Shown here one piece after another: positions 12,237-25,256 of a stretch of 64,000 nucleotides of DNA (position 1 is the first letter of the stretch; each line of letters begins with the position of its first letter). The translations under genes were made by a program, and so were the position numbers. Below the pieces are notes generated by a model. It made no database searches. It saw only the letters and a program-made list of their open reading frames with translations, and was not told where the DNA came from. The stretch is from Eledone cirrhosa (taxonomy: Eukaryota). The DNA lies in NCBI GenBank assembly GCA_964016885.1, contig OZ024754.1, positions 11,408,001 through 11,472,000 of the forward strand. The letters run 5' to 3'.

Positions 12237-15200
12237 CTGCAAATACAGAAATATGATAATGAAAGGAATAAATGAAATAACCTAACATTGGTGAATTGGC
12301 AGTATCGGTAGAGGGTTGGACGCCATGCTTTCCAGTATAGTTACCTCCCTTTACGGTTTGAGATCAAAACCCGTCAAGGTTAACTTTGCCTTTCATCCTT
12401 ACGGGGTCGATAAAATAAAGTACCAGTAATGTACTGGGTAATTGCTGGCCTTGTGCCAAATTTAGAAACAATTAAGTTAAAACCATACTTGTTTCTTTAC
12501 ATAGGTTGTTGTTTTTTTGTGACAAGAGAAAACATTTTTTAGTCTGACCAAGGAAAAAGCAACCTCTGTAATGATGAGTCCACAATAAAATTCACACAGT
12601 TACCATCATCCTTTAATGCCTATTTTTCCATTCCTGCATGGGTTGAATGAATCCTCACAGATTGGGTACAGAGTAAAGACCCCCTTCGGTCATGAATGAC
12701 CATGGGATTTGTACCTAGAAAGTCCCCCTCTGAGGCACATGTCTTGGCAAGGTTGTTTGTGGAAGACCAGTAGTTGCCAATACATACCTGTCTCCCCTCT
12801 CCACCGATGTTGTCCAAGGGAAAGAAAGGCAATGGCTGATACAGCTTGGCACCAGTGATGTCGCAACTCATTTCCACAGCTGAGTGAATTGGTGCAAGGT
12901 GAAATATAGTGTCTTGCTCAAGGACACAAAACATTGCCCAGTCTGGGAATCAAACCCACAACCTCACGATCGTAAGCCCAACGTTGCATCTCACTTACAT
13001 GTACTAGGTGCATTTTATAGGGGTACGGTACCAGCACTAAGAAGAATCTCTTCAGTTGTGTCTAAGACATAACAAACTCCCTAATGTTAAGTAATTGGCA
13101 TTCCAGGTAGTACTGGGGTCAATTCTTCCCTTATATCTCTTCCCACTCTCTATCCTTCTCTGGAAGAAATCTGCTGTATGCCTACATGGGGAAGATTGGG
13201 CTCTACCATGTTTTAAAAATGCCCAAGAAATGCTGTATATCAAACTCTGACTATAAAGCCCATCAATATCTACCCAGAAGAACTTGTATGGTACCTATGT
13301 TCTTTGGCTGTGAGAAGTCTAGTTGATGCATCTCTCTATATTACCTTTTGCACACAGAATATATCCATACATCTTTATGATTTCTCCAGATCAACCTTCC
13401 ATCATGCTGACGTTGATTGTTGCAGCTCTGAAGTTTAGCATAGAAGAGGGTTGAGTTGGTGCCTTGTATGACTGCTGTACTTGAAAGGGGCCAATTCTGC
13501 ATAATTTCTCAATTATAGGCAATGGCCTTTTATTCATGATTATTTTTCATGTAAGGAAAATCGGTACTGATATTATAGCAAACGCAGGACATGTGTAAAG
13601 GTGGGGAAAAAAATGAAAAAAACTTCCCCTGGATTGGACGCCCGTCTGTTGCAGACATTGAGTGGGCTGGAACGTGAAATAACTTGTCTTGTCAAGTACA
13701 TACGGTGTTGCCTGCTCCAGAAATGAAACCCACGATTTTCAGATCGTGTGTCCAACATTTCTACCCACAAAGCCACACACATTCAAATTCTCTTATTAGT
13801 AAGATGCTCAGCATTTGTGTATAAAAATGTAATTCTTTTTTTTTCTTTCCTAATTACATTTTTAAAAAGATTTCTTACCAACTACAGTCGCTTTTCTTTC
13901 TTTTTCATTATCAATATAGTTCATACGAGTCTTCTCACATGGAATTCTTTCTTGTCTGAATGTGTCAAGTTTTCTTTCTCATTATCAACAATGAAAACAA
14001 ACTGAATTGAACCAGCAAGATTGATTCATGAATTATGTTGTTTATAAGACAATTTATCTGTGGATGATGTAGTTCTCGCACTTACTGCTGCATCCAGGAT
14101 GTGGGAAGAAGCAAAAGAGTCATTAGCTGTGACGTCCCAGATAAGGCACTTGCCTTATGGAAGGTTGATCTGGAGAGTGACTCTTTTGCTTCTTCCTACA
14201 TCCTTGATGCAGTGGTAAGGGCGAGAGCAACTGCATCCGCAGCCGAATGGAACAAAATCCTAAAATACTGTGATCCGTTGGCTAACTACATTTTCAAGCC
14301 TGTGGTGTTCGAGGCGTTTGGAGGAGTCGGGCAGCTGACTGCGAGACCCCTACTTTCACCGGCGGTTCGCCTAACAAAGGTAACTGGTGATGCTCGTGAG
14401 GGTACTTGATTTTTTTCAGCGCATCAGCCTCACCATCACCCGAGGTAACGTTGCGAGCGTGCTGGCTTGCCTCAAAAATTATTAGAGAGGTTTCCCAGTG
14501 CTCCTCACGATATTTCTATCTTTTGTTCTGGTAGCTGCTCGTTTGTCCACCCCTTTCGCCTGCCTTTTGTTGTATGTGGTCCTAGATGTGTGTATTACCT
14601 GCTTATGTGTATTTTTTTTCCCTCTTATTTATTCGTGTATATTTAATAGCAAAACAAAACAAAAGCTAGGATAAAAAATTCGAAATGCTGTCGATTTCTG
14701 CACTGCCTTGATTTGTCGAACTCAAAACTTACTTTTTCAAGTTTGGTGCTTATGTTAATCGATCTCTTTATCGAACTGGGTCAGTGGGCATAAACAGACA
14801 CAAACGTAAACATAGACATACACACGTGTATGTGTATCTATCGTTATTTTGTTGTATGTATAGTTTATGCCTTCGGTCGGTTATCTTGGTTTCACATTTT
14901 ATAACTAGTGTTTGTTTTTAACTTTCGATCCATTGAGTGCTTCGTGATTGCCTCAAAACAAATCGAATAGTACTTGCTGTACAGTAGCTGAAGTTCGATT
15001 TACAAATATTATATATATACACTGTTTCTGTCTACCAACTTCCACACACAAGACGTTGATGAACCCAAAGCTCTAGTAGAAGACATTCTCAAAGTTTCGT
15101 GTAGTCTAACAGAACCCAAAACCACGTGGTTGCGAAGTGAAGTCGTTAATCACACAGCCACGACTGTATCCGTTTGTTTTTTCTTTTCTTTCTGTCGACA

Positions 15201-15813
15201 ATACTGTGGTTAATCTGCCCTTTGTGGCGATCTAAATGATCGGTTTTTCTTTCTCTTAAAGTTTAAGCAAATCGATCTTCAACAATAAAATAATATTGTT
15301 TTGGTGGCAATAATTCCAGAGGCTTTTTCAAATCCAGGTGCTGTGTGTTTACATTGTTACTACTTTTAAAGTTAATAGATTCAAAGAACTGGTAAACGGT
15401 TTGAAGTATTCATTTAAACAACAAAATGATCAATCTTTCTTTTTTTTTATTACAAATTATGATTTCCTAAAATATTATCTGCAGATATAATGAAAATTGT
15501 TGATCTATTAAATAGTTATGACTGTTATTTATTTCGTATGTTTGATTACATGCCTAGATAATCTAAAATGAATGAAATATCGTCAAAAATATGAATGTGA
15601 GGAAAATGAGAATCTGTTATTGTGTACTATTGAATCGATTTGTATATCGTTCAATTATAAATAACTCAAATGCATACAATTAATTTCAATTAACTGAATA
15701 TATAAATAAAAATAAGTCCGTGTGTATGTACATCGTGGGACTTTAAAATGGAGGAAAGAAAGAGCCAGTTGAAATTCGTTCGTTTCCTTTGAAACAATAA
15801 AAAATATACTTAC

Positions 15814-15946
15814 CATATCCATAGATCCCACGAAGTAAATCTTCCCTTAATCCCATATTATCGAAAGTGGGAGTAACTTCCACACCTTCACTAGTTTCAA
15901 ATTCAATATTTTTAAGATCATCAGACAATACACGCCTGGATGCCAT
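15814..15946 (-). CDS. EIF4A3: eIF4A-III (DDX48) coding exon 1
   Basis: [45 protein letters not shown]; ATG at 15946; donor G|gtaagt; 133 nt. Confidence 0.95.
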
Positions 15947-15999
15947 ATTGAATATAAGATTAATGGAGAGTTCTTAATCAAGGGAGCTTACTGTCAACA

Positions 16000-16050
16000 A
16001 TAATCTCGGTACGTTGTGCGCGCGCACAGATTTTGCGAACAGCGCACACA
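16000..16050. promoter_or_regulatory. CpG-containing proximal promoter of eIF4A3 with the 14-bp palindrome TGTGCGCGCGCACA (16015-16028)
   Basis: Local CpG cluster about 70 nt upstream of the ATG in otherwise CpG-poor DNA; GCGC half-sites resemble the NRF1/EWG motif. Confidence 0.4.
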
Positions 16051-16673
16051 AGATTAGTTGCCTAAAATAATGTACTAATTGATAATTATATTTACTAGAT
16101 GAGGGCGACGTCTTCTCCCTCTTTCTGTCACACATACACACACAGACATACACACACACATACACACTCTGTCTCTAAACAAATGACGTTCCTTTTTCTC
16201 TCTTCTCTTCCTCTCTATATATAGATGAGGGAGACGTCATAACTTTCTGTCTATCTACCTCTTTCTGTCACCTCGAAAACACGCAGCGTTCCCTTTTCTC
16301 TATCTATGTACATATCTCTCGCTTGCCCCCTCCTCTCTATATAAAGTGAGCAGGACGAACAGACAAACAGCACCCTTATTATAATATAGACTAGCTGGCC
16401 CCCTGCCGTAAAAAATGACCGTTAATTGTAATATCTATACATAATATAAAAAAGAGATGTTTGTTGGTTGGTTGGTTGGTTGGTTCCTCTGTTATTAGCT
16501 GTCGAGACACTGCATCCTTTAAAACCTCCATGCTTCCTGAGATTCGCCAACACTACACCTAATATTCCCCCTCCATACACACGCACACATGTATATCATG
16601 ACTCATACACTATTCACTTCCCCGACATTTGTATATTATTCTATGTACTATACATGCACCTTTATTATATTCT

Positions 16674-16870
16674 GGCGGTAGTATTGGCAGTATCGGTAGA
16701 GGGTCGGACGCCATGCTTTCCAGCATAGTTACGTCCCTTTACGATCTGAGTTCAAATCCCGCCGAGGTAGACTTTGCCTTTCATCCTTACGGGGTCGATA
16801 AAATAAAGTACCAGTAATGCACTGGGTTATTGCTGGCCTTGTGCCTAAAGTAGAAACAATTATTATTATT
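16674..16870 (+). mobile_element. tRNA-derived SINE family A; copies at 6822-7197, 12289-12473, 17293-17475, 24492-24680, 31447-31590, 39997-40185, 45800-46085, 62122-62311 and others
   Basis: A-box-like tggcagtatcgg and B box gagttcaaatcc; central gcctttcatccttacggggtcgataaaataaagtaccag (resembles the Meta-SINE domain, from memory); (ATT)n tail. Confidence 0.85.
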
Positions 16871-17017
16871 ACATTCACTCACACAAGTGATACAAACACA
16901 CAGCTGTGATGAATCTTAGAATGCTGGACTTCTGTAGTTTCTCACCACCCCCACCATCCTCAGTCATCACATAGATGTGTGTGTATGTAATAATTAGTTT
17001 TTCTAAGTGTGCCTGTT

Positions 17018-17056
<39 letters not shown>

Positions 17057-17589
17057 TTGTAGATGCGTGTGTGTTTGTAATTCTATTGTCTATGTATCTT
17101 TCTAAATAAGTACATATACACATACACAAACACTCATAATCATAACAGCCAATGTGTGTAGCCAATTCGCTCTACATATACACATACAGGTGTAACTAAT
17201 GACACCCCTTCCTTCGACAGTCGATGTCATCACCCTTTCCTTCCTCAGTCGACCTAATCACCCCTTCCTTCCTCAGTCATCTCTAGTGTGTGTGGCAGTA
17301 TCGATAGAGGGTCGGACGCCATGCTTTGACGCATAGAGTTACGGCCCTTGCCATTCTGAGTTCAAATCCTGCCGAGGTTAACTTTGCCTTTCATCCTTAC
17401 GGGGGTCGATAAAATAAAGTACCAGTAATGCACTTGGTAATTGCTGGCCTTGTGCCAAAAAGTAGAAACAATTATATTACTGATTATACAATTGTGTATG
17501 CATATTTTTGTCAGAGGGAAAAAATGCACTGCATATGATTTTATCGCACACTGACCACTGAAAAGTTGAGGAAACAATGTACTGAGTCC

Positions 17590-17830
17590 CGAAAGCTATT
17601 TGTGAAGATAAATAGAATTTTTACCATAGGTAAGAGTTGGCATGAATACCAAACTGAAGATAGCGAATTTAGCTTTTTACACTTACCTCTCTTCTTCTGA
17701 TGACCGAATTCTGAAGCTGGCGCATTGCTGCACCAGCTCCTGCAATTCTTGCACTTAATTTAGCCTCCTGCCTTCCATCACTCATGAATACAGCCTCAAG
17801 ATATTTGAACTTCACCTGTTTCAGTGGAAC
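17590..17830 (-). mobile_element. RTE-like LINE internal fragment
   Basis: LKQVKFKYL...DGRQEAKLSARIAGAGAAMRQL. Confidence 0.6.
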
Positions 17831-18161
17831 TGTAACAGTAATTTGAACTCTTGTTCTGTTGTTAGCAAAGTAGGTCAGTGTAATCACAAATGCTGACCTC
17901 TGGACAACATCATGCTTATTTTCTTTTGTTTCAAGAGTTGGTGTTATCCTGTCTGGAGAAATATCCAGCTAATAGTCATTGACAGTTTATTTGAGATAAC
18001 TAGCTTGATCAAATTCATTCTGCTCTCATCTCTCAAAGACACACCACCAAGCAGGGAGATGTAGTTCTTAGCCCAAAACTCCAGCCCTCTCAACAAGAGC
18101 CAACAAGCTCTATTCCCATTGGCACTTCAGTAAAGATTAATCCATACACAACTCTAAATAC

Positions 18162-18408
18162 CATCTGCCAAATACAATGCCTAACTTAATGCTAACCTCA
18201 CTGGTGCATCTGCCACATACAATGCCTAACTTAATGCTAACCTCACTGGTGCATCTGCCACATACAATGCCTAACTTAATGCTAACCTCACTGGTGCATC
18301 TGCCACATACAATGCCTAACTTAATGCTAACCTCACTGGTGCATCTGCCACATACAATGCCTAACTTAATGCTAACCTCACTGGTGCATCTGCCACATAC
18401 AATGCCTA
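18162..18408. repeat. 45-bp minisatellite, ~5 near-identical copies
   Basis: catctgccacatacaatgcctaacttaatgctaacctcactggtg. Confidence 0.95.
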
Positions 18409-20232
18409 TCTCTTTCTCTCCGTCTATTATAATAATATCAAAGTTTTATTTACTGTTGTATAAAAAGAAAGGGAAAACAAAAAAAAAAAGAAAGAGAAAA
18501 GAAAAAGACACAGAAGTGGTTAGCAAACACATCTGGGACCTCATACAACAAAAGGCAGGTGAAAGGGGTAGACAACTGAGCCACTACCAAAGTAAAAGAT
18601 AACAGTATCGCAAGGAGCACTGAAAAAGCTCTCTAATGATTTTTTGAGGCAAGTCAGCAGCACGCTTGCAGCGTTACCTCAGGTGATGGCGAGACTGATG
18701 CATTGGAACAACCAAGCACCCCCCATGAGCTTCACCAGTTACCTCTGTTAGGCGAGCTGCCACAGGCTGGAAGATGTAGTTAGACGATAGATCACGGTAT
18801 TCTAGGATTTTGTTATGAAGGTTCCCGGAAAAACCCCATATCTCAGGAACCCGTGCTCCGATTTATGCAAAACTTGCTTTATTCCATTTATATTCCCATT
18901 TCAGGGGCAACTTCTTTCAAAGTATTTTCCCATTATGCACTGTTTAGGCTGTATTAAATTACAGACAAGACACAATCACAGAGTTTTAGTAGTATCATCA
19001 TCATCATCATCATCACCGTTTTACGTCCGTTCTTCCACGCTAGCATGGGTTAGACGGGTTGTCCTGTTGTGTGCAGTGTCTGGTCGGCTGACCTTGTCTT
19101 GCTCATACAGGAACTGATTCTGGGTTGATTTCTACAGCTGGATGCCCTTCCTAACACCAACCTCATTTACAGTGAGTGCTGGGTGCTTTTTCGTGGTGCC
19201 TACACGTCCCCTTTACAGTGTGGGCTGGGTGCTTTTTTGCCGTGGCACCTCCACGACCACCTTGCGGTGGGGGGGGGGGGGGGACTTATTGTTTATATGC
19301 TTCAGCATGTACCCATGGGAGGTCGGGTACTCTGTATTACTGCGTGACGCCAGAAGTCACAGTCGTGTGTCATTGTCTTTGAGAGGTGTAATTGGGTAAG
19401 GTCGGCTTTTATCACCTCATCCCAGGTCATCTTGGGTCTCCCCACTCCGCGGTTTCCATCAACTTCTAGTGCTCTGCACCTTTTTATATATATAGATAGA
19501 TATATATATTATACATAAATAAATTTGTCACAAATATACATAACATCTCAGTGGCAGTTTAGAATCTTCACTTTGTCTGTATATACAGATATTTTCCTCA
19601 TTAGATCTACGCATGCTGCAATATGATTATTTTTCTCTTGCACCAATGAAAAATGGTTCAATGAAAAATGGACACATTCCTCTTAACAGGAATTTATATT
19701 TTTCTTATATCATACAGGAAACCCTCTGATGAAAAACTGTTCTGTTAACGGTAGCTATATCAATCTATTGGAATGGTCTGAGTTATTCTTCAGTTTTGAA
19801 GAGAACTTAGTGAAGTATTTTAGCTTTAAATTGCTTGACTCAGAATATATCGCTAGGGAAAGATGCTTGTGAAGTGTTATCCTTTTGGTAATTTACGATC
19901 CCAGTTCTGTGTGGGGTACATGACTCCAGATTTACTAATTGACACATAGATAGCGCCTTACACCTCGAATTGTAAACACAACGGCTGGGAAAGACCCTTT
20001 AGGAACTTATATGTCAACCTGGTGCCCGAACAGAAGGAGGTGCTTTTTTGCTTGTGGCACATCACAAAATTGGATTTTCATCTGAGGATATCGCTCTCAT
20101 AACAACAAATACATGAATTACATCTTGGATTGCATAAGAGAACCATTGAAATAATTATTAATAAATGTTCTATGTAACATCAGCATCTTTCTTAAAGTTA
20201 TTCTTATATATATACATACATACATACATACT

Positions 20233-20276
<44 letters not shown>

Positions 20277-20516
20277 GCGAGAATCGTATTTCGGCCGGTA
20301 GAAAAACGAAATAAAACGCAAAATCGTAGAAATGCTGGCAAGCGCTCCAATAGTTAAGAAAACTAGAGCTAAACAATATGTTAAAACGCCATACAAACTG
20401 AAAAGTGGTCAAGAAGGCATTAACCACTTAAGCCAAAAAACAAATCAAGCTAAACAGGTCAAACAAAATAAATGATAAAAACAGACCTGGACCCAAGTGG
20501 AATATATATATATATA

Positions 20517-20845
20517 TATATACGATATTAAACAAATGGAAACTATATTTATAAAACCATATTTATTTCATTATACATATTTCGGGGATACCATATTAAA
20601 AATATGGCATGCCTTCTTCAGATAAAATACAATATATAAACAGTTTTATAAATAATTTTGAAGAAGGCATGCCATATTTTTAATATGGTATCCCCGAAAT
20701 ATGTATAATGAAATAAATATGGTTTTATAAATATAGTTTCCATTTGTTTAATATCGTATATCTACTCCAAAACTTGTTGAGTGCTTTATATCAGTTATAA
20801 AATATTTACTTGTTGTAACCCAACAATTTTAAATAAAACTTTTGC
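20517..20845. mobile_element. Penelope-like pseudo-LTR fold-back (about 100-bp perfect inverted arms, 38-bp spacer, tail with gagtgc)
   Basis: 20517-20620 is the reverse complement of 20659-20760; contains a hammerhead core; flanked by (TA)n. Confidence 0.65.
20564..20629 (-). ncRNA. Type I hammerhead ribozyme motif inside a Penelope-like inverted repeat
   Basis: Minus strand tattttat-CTGAAGA-aggcatgccatatttttaatatggtatcccc-GAAA-TATGTA-TA-ATGAAATA; 8-bp stem I, hairpin stem II, minimal stem III, AUA cleavage triplet. Confidence 0.65.
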
Positions 20846-20857
20846 ACATATATATAT

Positions 20858-21415
20858 ATCATCATCATCATCATCATCATCATCAACGTTTAACGTCCGT
20901 GTTCCACGCTTGCATGGGTTTGGACGGGGGTAGTCCCACTTGAGGCAAGAGTGATTGTCTTGCTCGCATAGGACTGTCTGGCAGGTTTTCTACAGTTGGA
21001 TGCCCTTCCTAACACCAACCACATTTACAGTGTGGGTCTGGAAGGTTTTTACCGTGTTGCCTACACGGCCACATTACAGCGTGGACTGTGTGTTTTTTTG
21101 TCGTGACACCTACACGATCTCATTTGTTTCGGCCTGGATGGCGCGGCACCAACATAACTTTACATAGAACGGGGTGGTGTGGATGGGGTGGGGGTGGTGG
21201 TGGTGGGACGGGGTGTATTTTGTTAGAGATGCCTACTGGCTGGAGTAGGTTTTACTATATATTTAGGTAAGGCGGGTCTTCTCTGTTACTGAGTACCGCC
21301 AAAGGTCTCGGTCCAGTGACATTGTCTTGGAGAGGTGTAAGTGTGTGATGTCGGAGTTTATCAGCTCGTCCCAGGTTTTTCTAGGTCTGCCTATTCCGTG
21401 ACTACCGTCTATCTT
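20858..21415 (-). mobile_element. RTE LINE 3' end/3'UTR; representative of an abundant family (also 535-750, 925-1160, 5832-6025, 6345-6580, 18993-19480, 38832-39225)
   Basis: Shared ggttggtgttaggaagggcatccagc...ggacgttaaacgatgatg tail, colinear with the 3' end of the 27456-29150 RTE. Confidence 0.85.
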
Positions 21416-21529
21416 TATATATATATATATATATATATATACTTCATTTTTTAATTTGTTTTACAAGATTTCTTATCTGAAAACGTGTGTTGAAACAGAT
21501 ATTGTTATACTTTGGGAGGGTCATGCTGT

Positions 21530-21572
21530 GAATAAAAACACATGCACCTGTTGGTTTTCACTTCAATTTATT
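21530..21572 (-). terminator. Putative SLC2A13 polyadenylation signal
   Basis: Minus-strand AATAAA at 21572-21567, followed by CA dinucleotides and a GT/T-rich tract; about 1.25 kb past the stop codon. Confidence 0.4.
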
Positions 21573-22824
21573 ATAAATTTTCTGTTGATTAATTCAATAA
21601 CCAGATGGTTGTTTATACATTGTCAAAGCTCTTTCATCACACATTCTGTGACCTCCTCAGTGTATGATTTCTTATTTTGTGTCTCTCCTTTGTTCTGTCC
21701 TACATCTTATTTTTGTGTGAGCACATGCCATACTATACCACACCACAGCATACCATAACACACTACACCATACCATACCACACCACACCATACACTACCA
21801 TAGCACACCATACCATACCACAACATACCATGTCACACTATACCACACCACACCATATCCTTCCACACCATACCATACCCCACCCAACCACACCACACCA
21901 TACCATAGTATACGACACCACAACATACAGTACCACACCACACCAATCCATACCATCTGTAACCATATTCTTAATGAGTTTCAATGATTTTTTTTAATTA
22001 ATCAAGAATTTAGAGCAATTTAATAAAATAACAGATTTAAAAATCTTTTTATGATTAATCAGGTAATTGGAACATGATTTAAAAAATGATTCTCATTTTA
22101 CCCTTTAGCATTTAAACTGGCCACATCCGGCCAGAATTCTCCCACCACCTCTATGTTCAAACTGGCCATAACCAGCCGTTCATACTAATGTTACGGTATT
22201 TTTCTCAAAATAAATAATACCCAAATCTCATTGATTCGATATTATGTGAGATATTGTGTAAGGTAAATCCTTTACTGTGAAAATACAATAGTAAATATAG
22301 AGTAATGTAAATGCTAAAGAGTTAGAATGATGGAGGAATGTTTAACTTTAAATTTGAACATTTTAAAACAAGATGCTTTGAATAGTAAAATCAGATTCAG
22401 TATTCATATGCATGGAGCAGTTATACATAGAAGTCAATCCACGTCTAGTTGTTGATAATGGCCATTTCAATTCTTAAAGAGTCTATTGTAATCATCAACT
22501 ACAAAAAGCCACAAATAAATAATAGATTGGAAATGCACAAAGCGGATTGGCTTGAGTATTTTAGATACTTAAACCAACTGGGGAAGTACATATCAATTGT
22601 TGGTTTTCTTTTGAACCGTCATCATTTTTACATTTGAAAAATGGGTTATCCCTGAAATATATTGGGTAAAAACATAACTTTGTTTTATTTCTCATCCTTT
22701 GTCCTTTATATTTCTACTGAATTGTAAAGGCTTCATGAAACTTATCTCTCATTAAATATGAACACTTTAAAACAAAATGTTTTGTATGATGGGTCAGTAT
22801 AAGAGACTTTGGTCACAAAAGAGT

Positions 22825-23000
22825 TCAATCTTCTTCACTGTTTTCTAGATCTTTGTACTCTTCTTTGTAACCACAAGAACAAAGCCGCTTCTTAAACAGA
22901 GATTCCACTTTTTCTAATGGTAATCCTTTCGTCTCTGGTAGACAAATGTAGACAAAAACAAATCCCACACTAGTGATGGATGCAAACAACCAATAGGTAC
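22825..23000 (-). CDS. SLC2A13: SLC2A13 terminal coding exon 9
   Basis: TYWLFASITSVGFVFVYICLPETKGLPLEKVESLF...SEED* (PETKG motif); the 9 exons sum to 1719 nt = 572 aa + stop. Confidence 0.93.
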
Positions 23001-23122
23001 CTGTAAATGATATAATACATGAATGTAAACAACCAATAGGTATCTGTAAATGATATAATACATGAATGTAAACAACCAATAGGTACTTGTAAATGATATA
23101 ATACTTGAATGTAAACAGCCAA
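22981..23122. repeat. 43-bp tandem repeat spanning the last SLC2A13 splice acceptor
   Basis: aaacaaccaataggtacctgtaaatgatataatacatgaatgt x ~3.3. Confidence 0.9.
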
Positions 23123-23148
23123 ATATTTTACAAATATTTTATCATATA

Positions 23149-23307
23149 CAGGTAAAATTCTGTTATAACGAATACCATTATAACAAATTTTTCAGTATAA
23201 CAAAATTCTTTTCAAACCCTGGCCACACGTTTGATATGTTTGGTCGATCTCGTTATAAAGAATTTTTCGTTACAACGAATATTTTTTTATACCCCATGAA
23301 TTCACTG
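23149..23307. mobile_element. pogo/Tigger-like MITE; second copy at ~34840-34966 in reverse
   Basis: TA-CAGG...CTG-TA ends with repeated gttataacg motifs. Confidence 0.6.
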
Positions 23308-24001
23308 TATTTCACTGTATTTTTATATATTTCTCTGGCAAAAGAAGAAAAAAAATAAGAAAAAGAAGGGATAAATGGCAGAGGTGATGGTGCAAACTTT
23401 GCATTCTTGGCTGGATGGTGTATCTCAGCTGTTCTCTACAGACTATATAGAGAAAGTTTTGTCGTAGAGAACAGCCAGCAATATCTGCTGCATCATACAT
23501 TCCAACTCACAGGTCAAACTCTGCACTTTTGGTTGAACAGTAAACCTCAGCTGTGTCCAACAGACAAGATGGACAAAGCTCTGCCATAGAAAACAGCCAG
23601 AAATACCCACTACATCAGACATTCTACCTTGTGGAACAAACTATACACTCTTGATTGGACAGTAAATTTCTGCTATATCCAGCAGACAAGATAGAGAAAG
23701 CATTGCCACAGAGTACAGCCAGAAATGCCTGCTATACTAGCCATTTCACCTCATTGAGCTTCTTCCTCCTTGATTTTGTAGAGTAAAACAGCAGTCTGCA
23801 GATTGAGAACACCAGAGCTATCTACTGAAACAAAATGGTAGATTGGTAGAATTGTTAGAACATCTGATGGTATATTTTGAGATATTCATCCTGACTCTCT
23901 GCATTCTGAGTTCAAATCCCACCGAGTTCATCTTTGCCTTTAATTCTTTTGAGGTTGCTAAATAAAGTACTAGTCCTGTATTCGGGTCTATTCTCTCTTG
24001 C

Positions 24002-24042
<41 letters not shown>

Positions 24043-24307
24043 TTCTCTCTATGTATCTACAGCACTCCTGCTACTCTTCAGGGAAGTTATGAGTTCATAC
24101 TTACATCATCACTTAAATAAAATATGACATAACTGGAGAGTCTTTGTATATCTTGACAATCTTCTAAAAAATAATAGATTTAATTTTATAGATTTACAGA
24201 TCTGGCAAACCCACCAGTTCCTTGGTGGATTTTCATTAATATTTTTTTTTCATCTGTCATAGTTTCTAAAATAAAAGGTAAAAAAAACAAACAGATGCAA
24301 TTCTTAC

Positions 24308-24460
24308 CATATTTTGTGATAGTTTCTGTCAGTGTTAAAAATGTCATTGATACTAATAAATTAGAAATCCAGTTTGTTGAGGTGGCTAGAGAATTACATG
24401 TGCCTCTTGCCCATTGTGGGTAGATCTCAGAATTTACAGTCCAGGGTACAGGACCCATAC
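24308..24460 (-). CDS. SLC2A13: SLC2A13 exon 8
   Basis: [51 protein letters not shown]; tttcag/gtaaga; 153 nt. Confidence 0.93.
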
Positions 24461-24681
24461 CTGAAACAGATGGAGAAATAAAGCATTATTAGGAGTTTGG
24501 CAGTACTGGTAGAGAGTCGGATGCCATGCTTTGACGCATAGAGTTTCGGCCCTTGCCATTGTGAGTTCAAATTCCGCCAAAGTTAACTTTGCCTTTCATC
24601 CTTACGGGGTTGATAAAATAAAGTACCAGTCATGCACTGGGGTAATTGCTGGCCTTGTGCCAAAAGTAGAAACAACTATTT

Positions 24682-25256
24682 AGGTGGTGGGGATGGTGTT
24701 AGTTGTGATGTTGGTGGTGGTGGTGTTGGTGGTGGTGGTGGTGGTGGTGGTGGTGGTGTTGGTGGTGGTGGTGGTAGTGATGGTGGTGGTGATGGTGGTG
24801 GTGATGGTGGTGGTGATGGTGGTGGTGGTGTTGGTGGTGGTAGTGGTGGTGGTGGTGGTGATGGTGGTGGTAGTGGTAGTGGTGGTGGTAGTGATGATGG
24901 TGGTGATGATGATGGTAGTGATGGTAATGGTGGTGGGGATGAGGTGGGGGTAGTGGTGGTGGTGGTGGTGGTGATGGTAGTGATAGTGGTGATGGTAGTG
25001 ATGATGATGGTGGTGGTGATGATGATGGTAGTGGTGGTGGTGGTGATGATGATGGTGGTGATGATGGTGGTGGTAGTGATGGTGGTGGTAGTGATGGTGG
25101 TGGTGGTGATGGTAGTGGTGGTGGTGGTGGTGATGTTGGTGGTGGTGGTGATGGTGGTGATGATGTTGGTGGTGATGTTGTTGGTAGTGGTGGTGGTGGT
25201 GATGGTGGTGATGATGTTGGTGGTGATGTTGTTGGTAGTGGTGGTGGTGGTGGTGA
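24682..25256. repeat. (GGT/GAT)n triplet tract; similar tract at 30910-31182; (CACCA/TACCA)n at 21720-21955
   Basis: Directly visible low-complexity sequence. Confidence 0.95.

Noticed and set aside
18177-18602. 15-aa repeat protein (MPNLMLTSLVHLPHT)n
   Set aside because: 45-bp minisatellite with no splice or homology support
20659-20715. Plus-strand hammerhead in the right arm of the fold-back
   Set aside because: C3 is replaced by T and the 5' strand of stem I is missing
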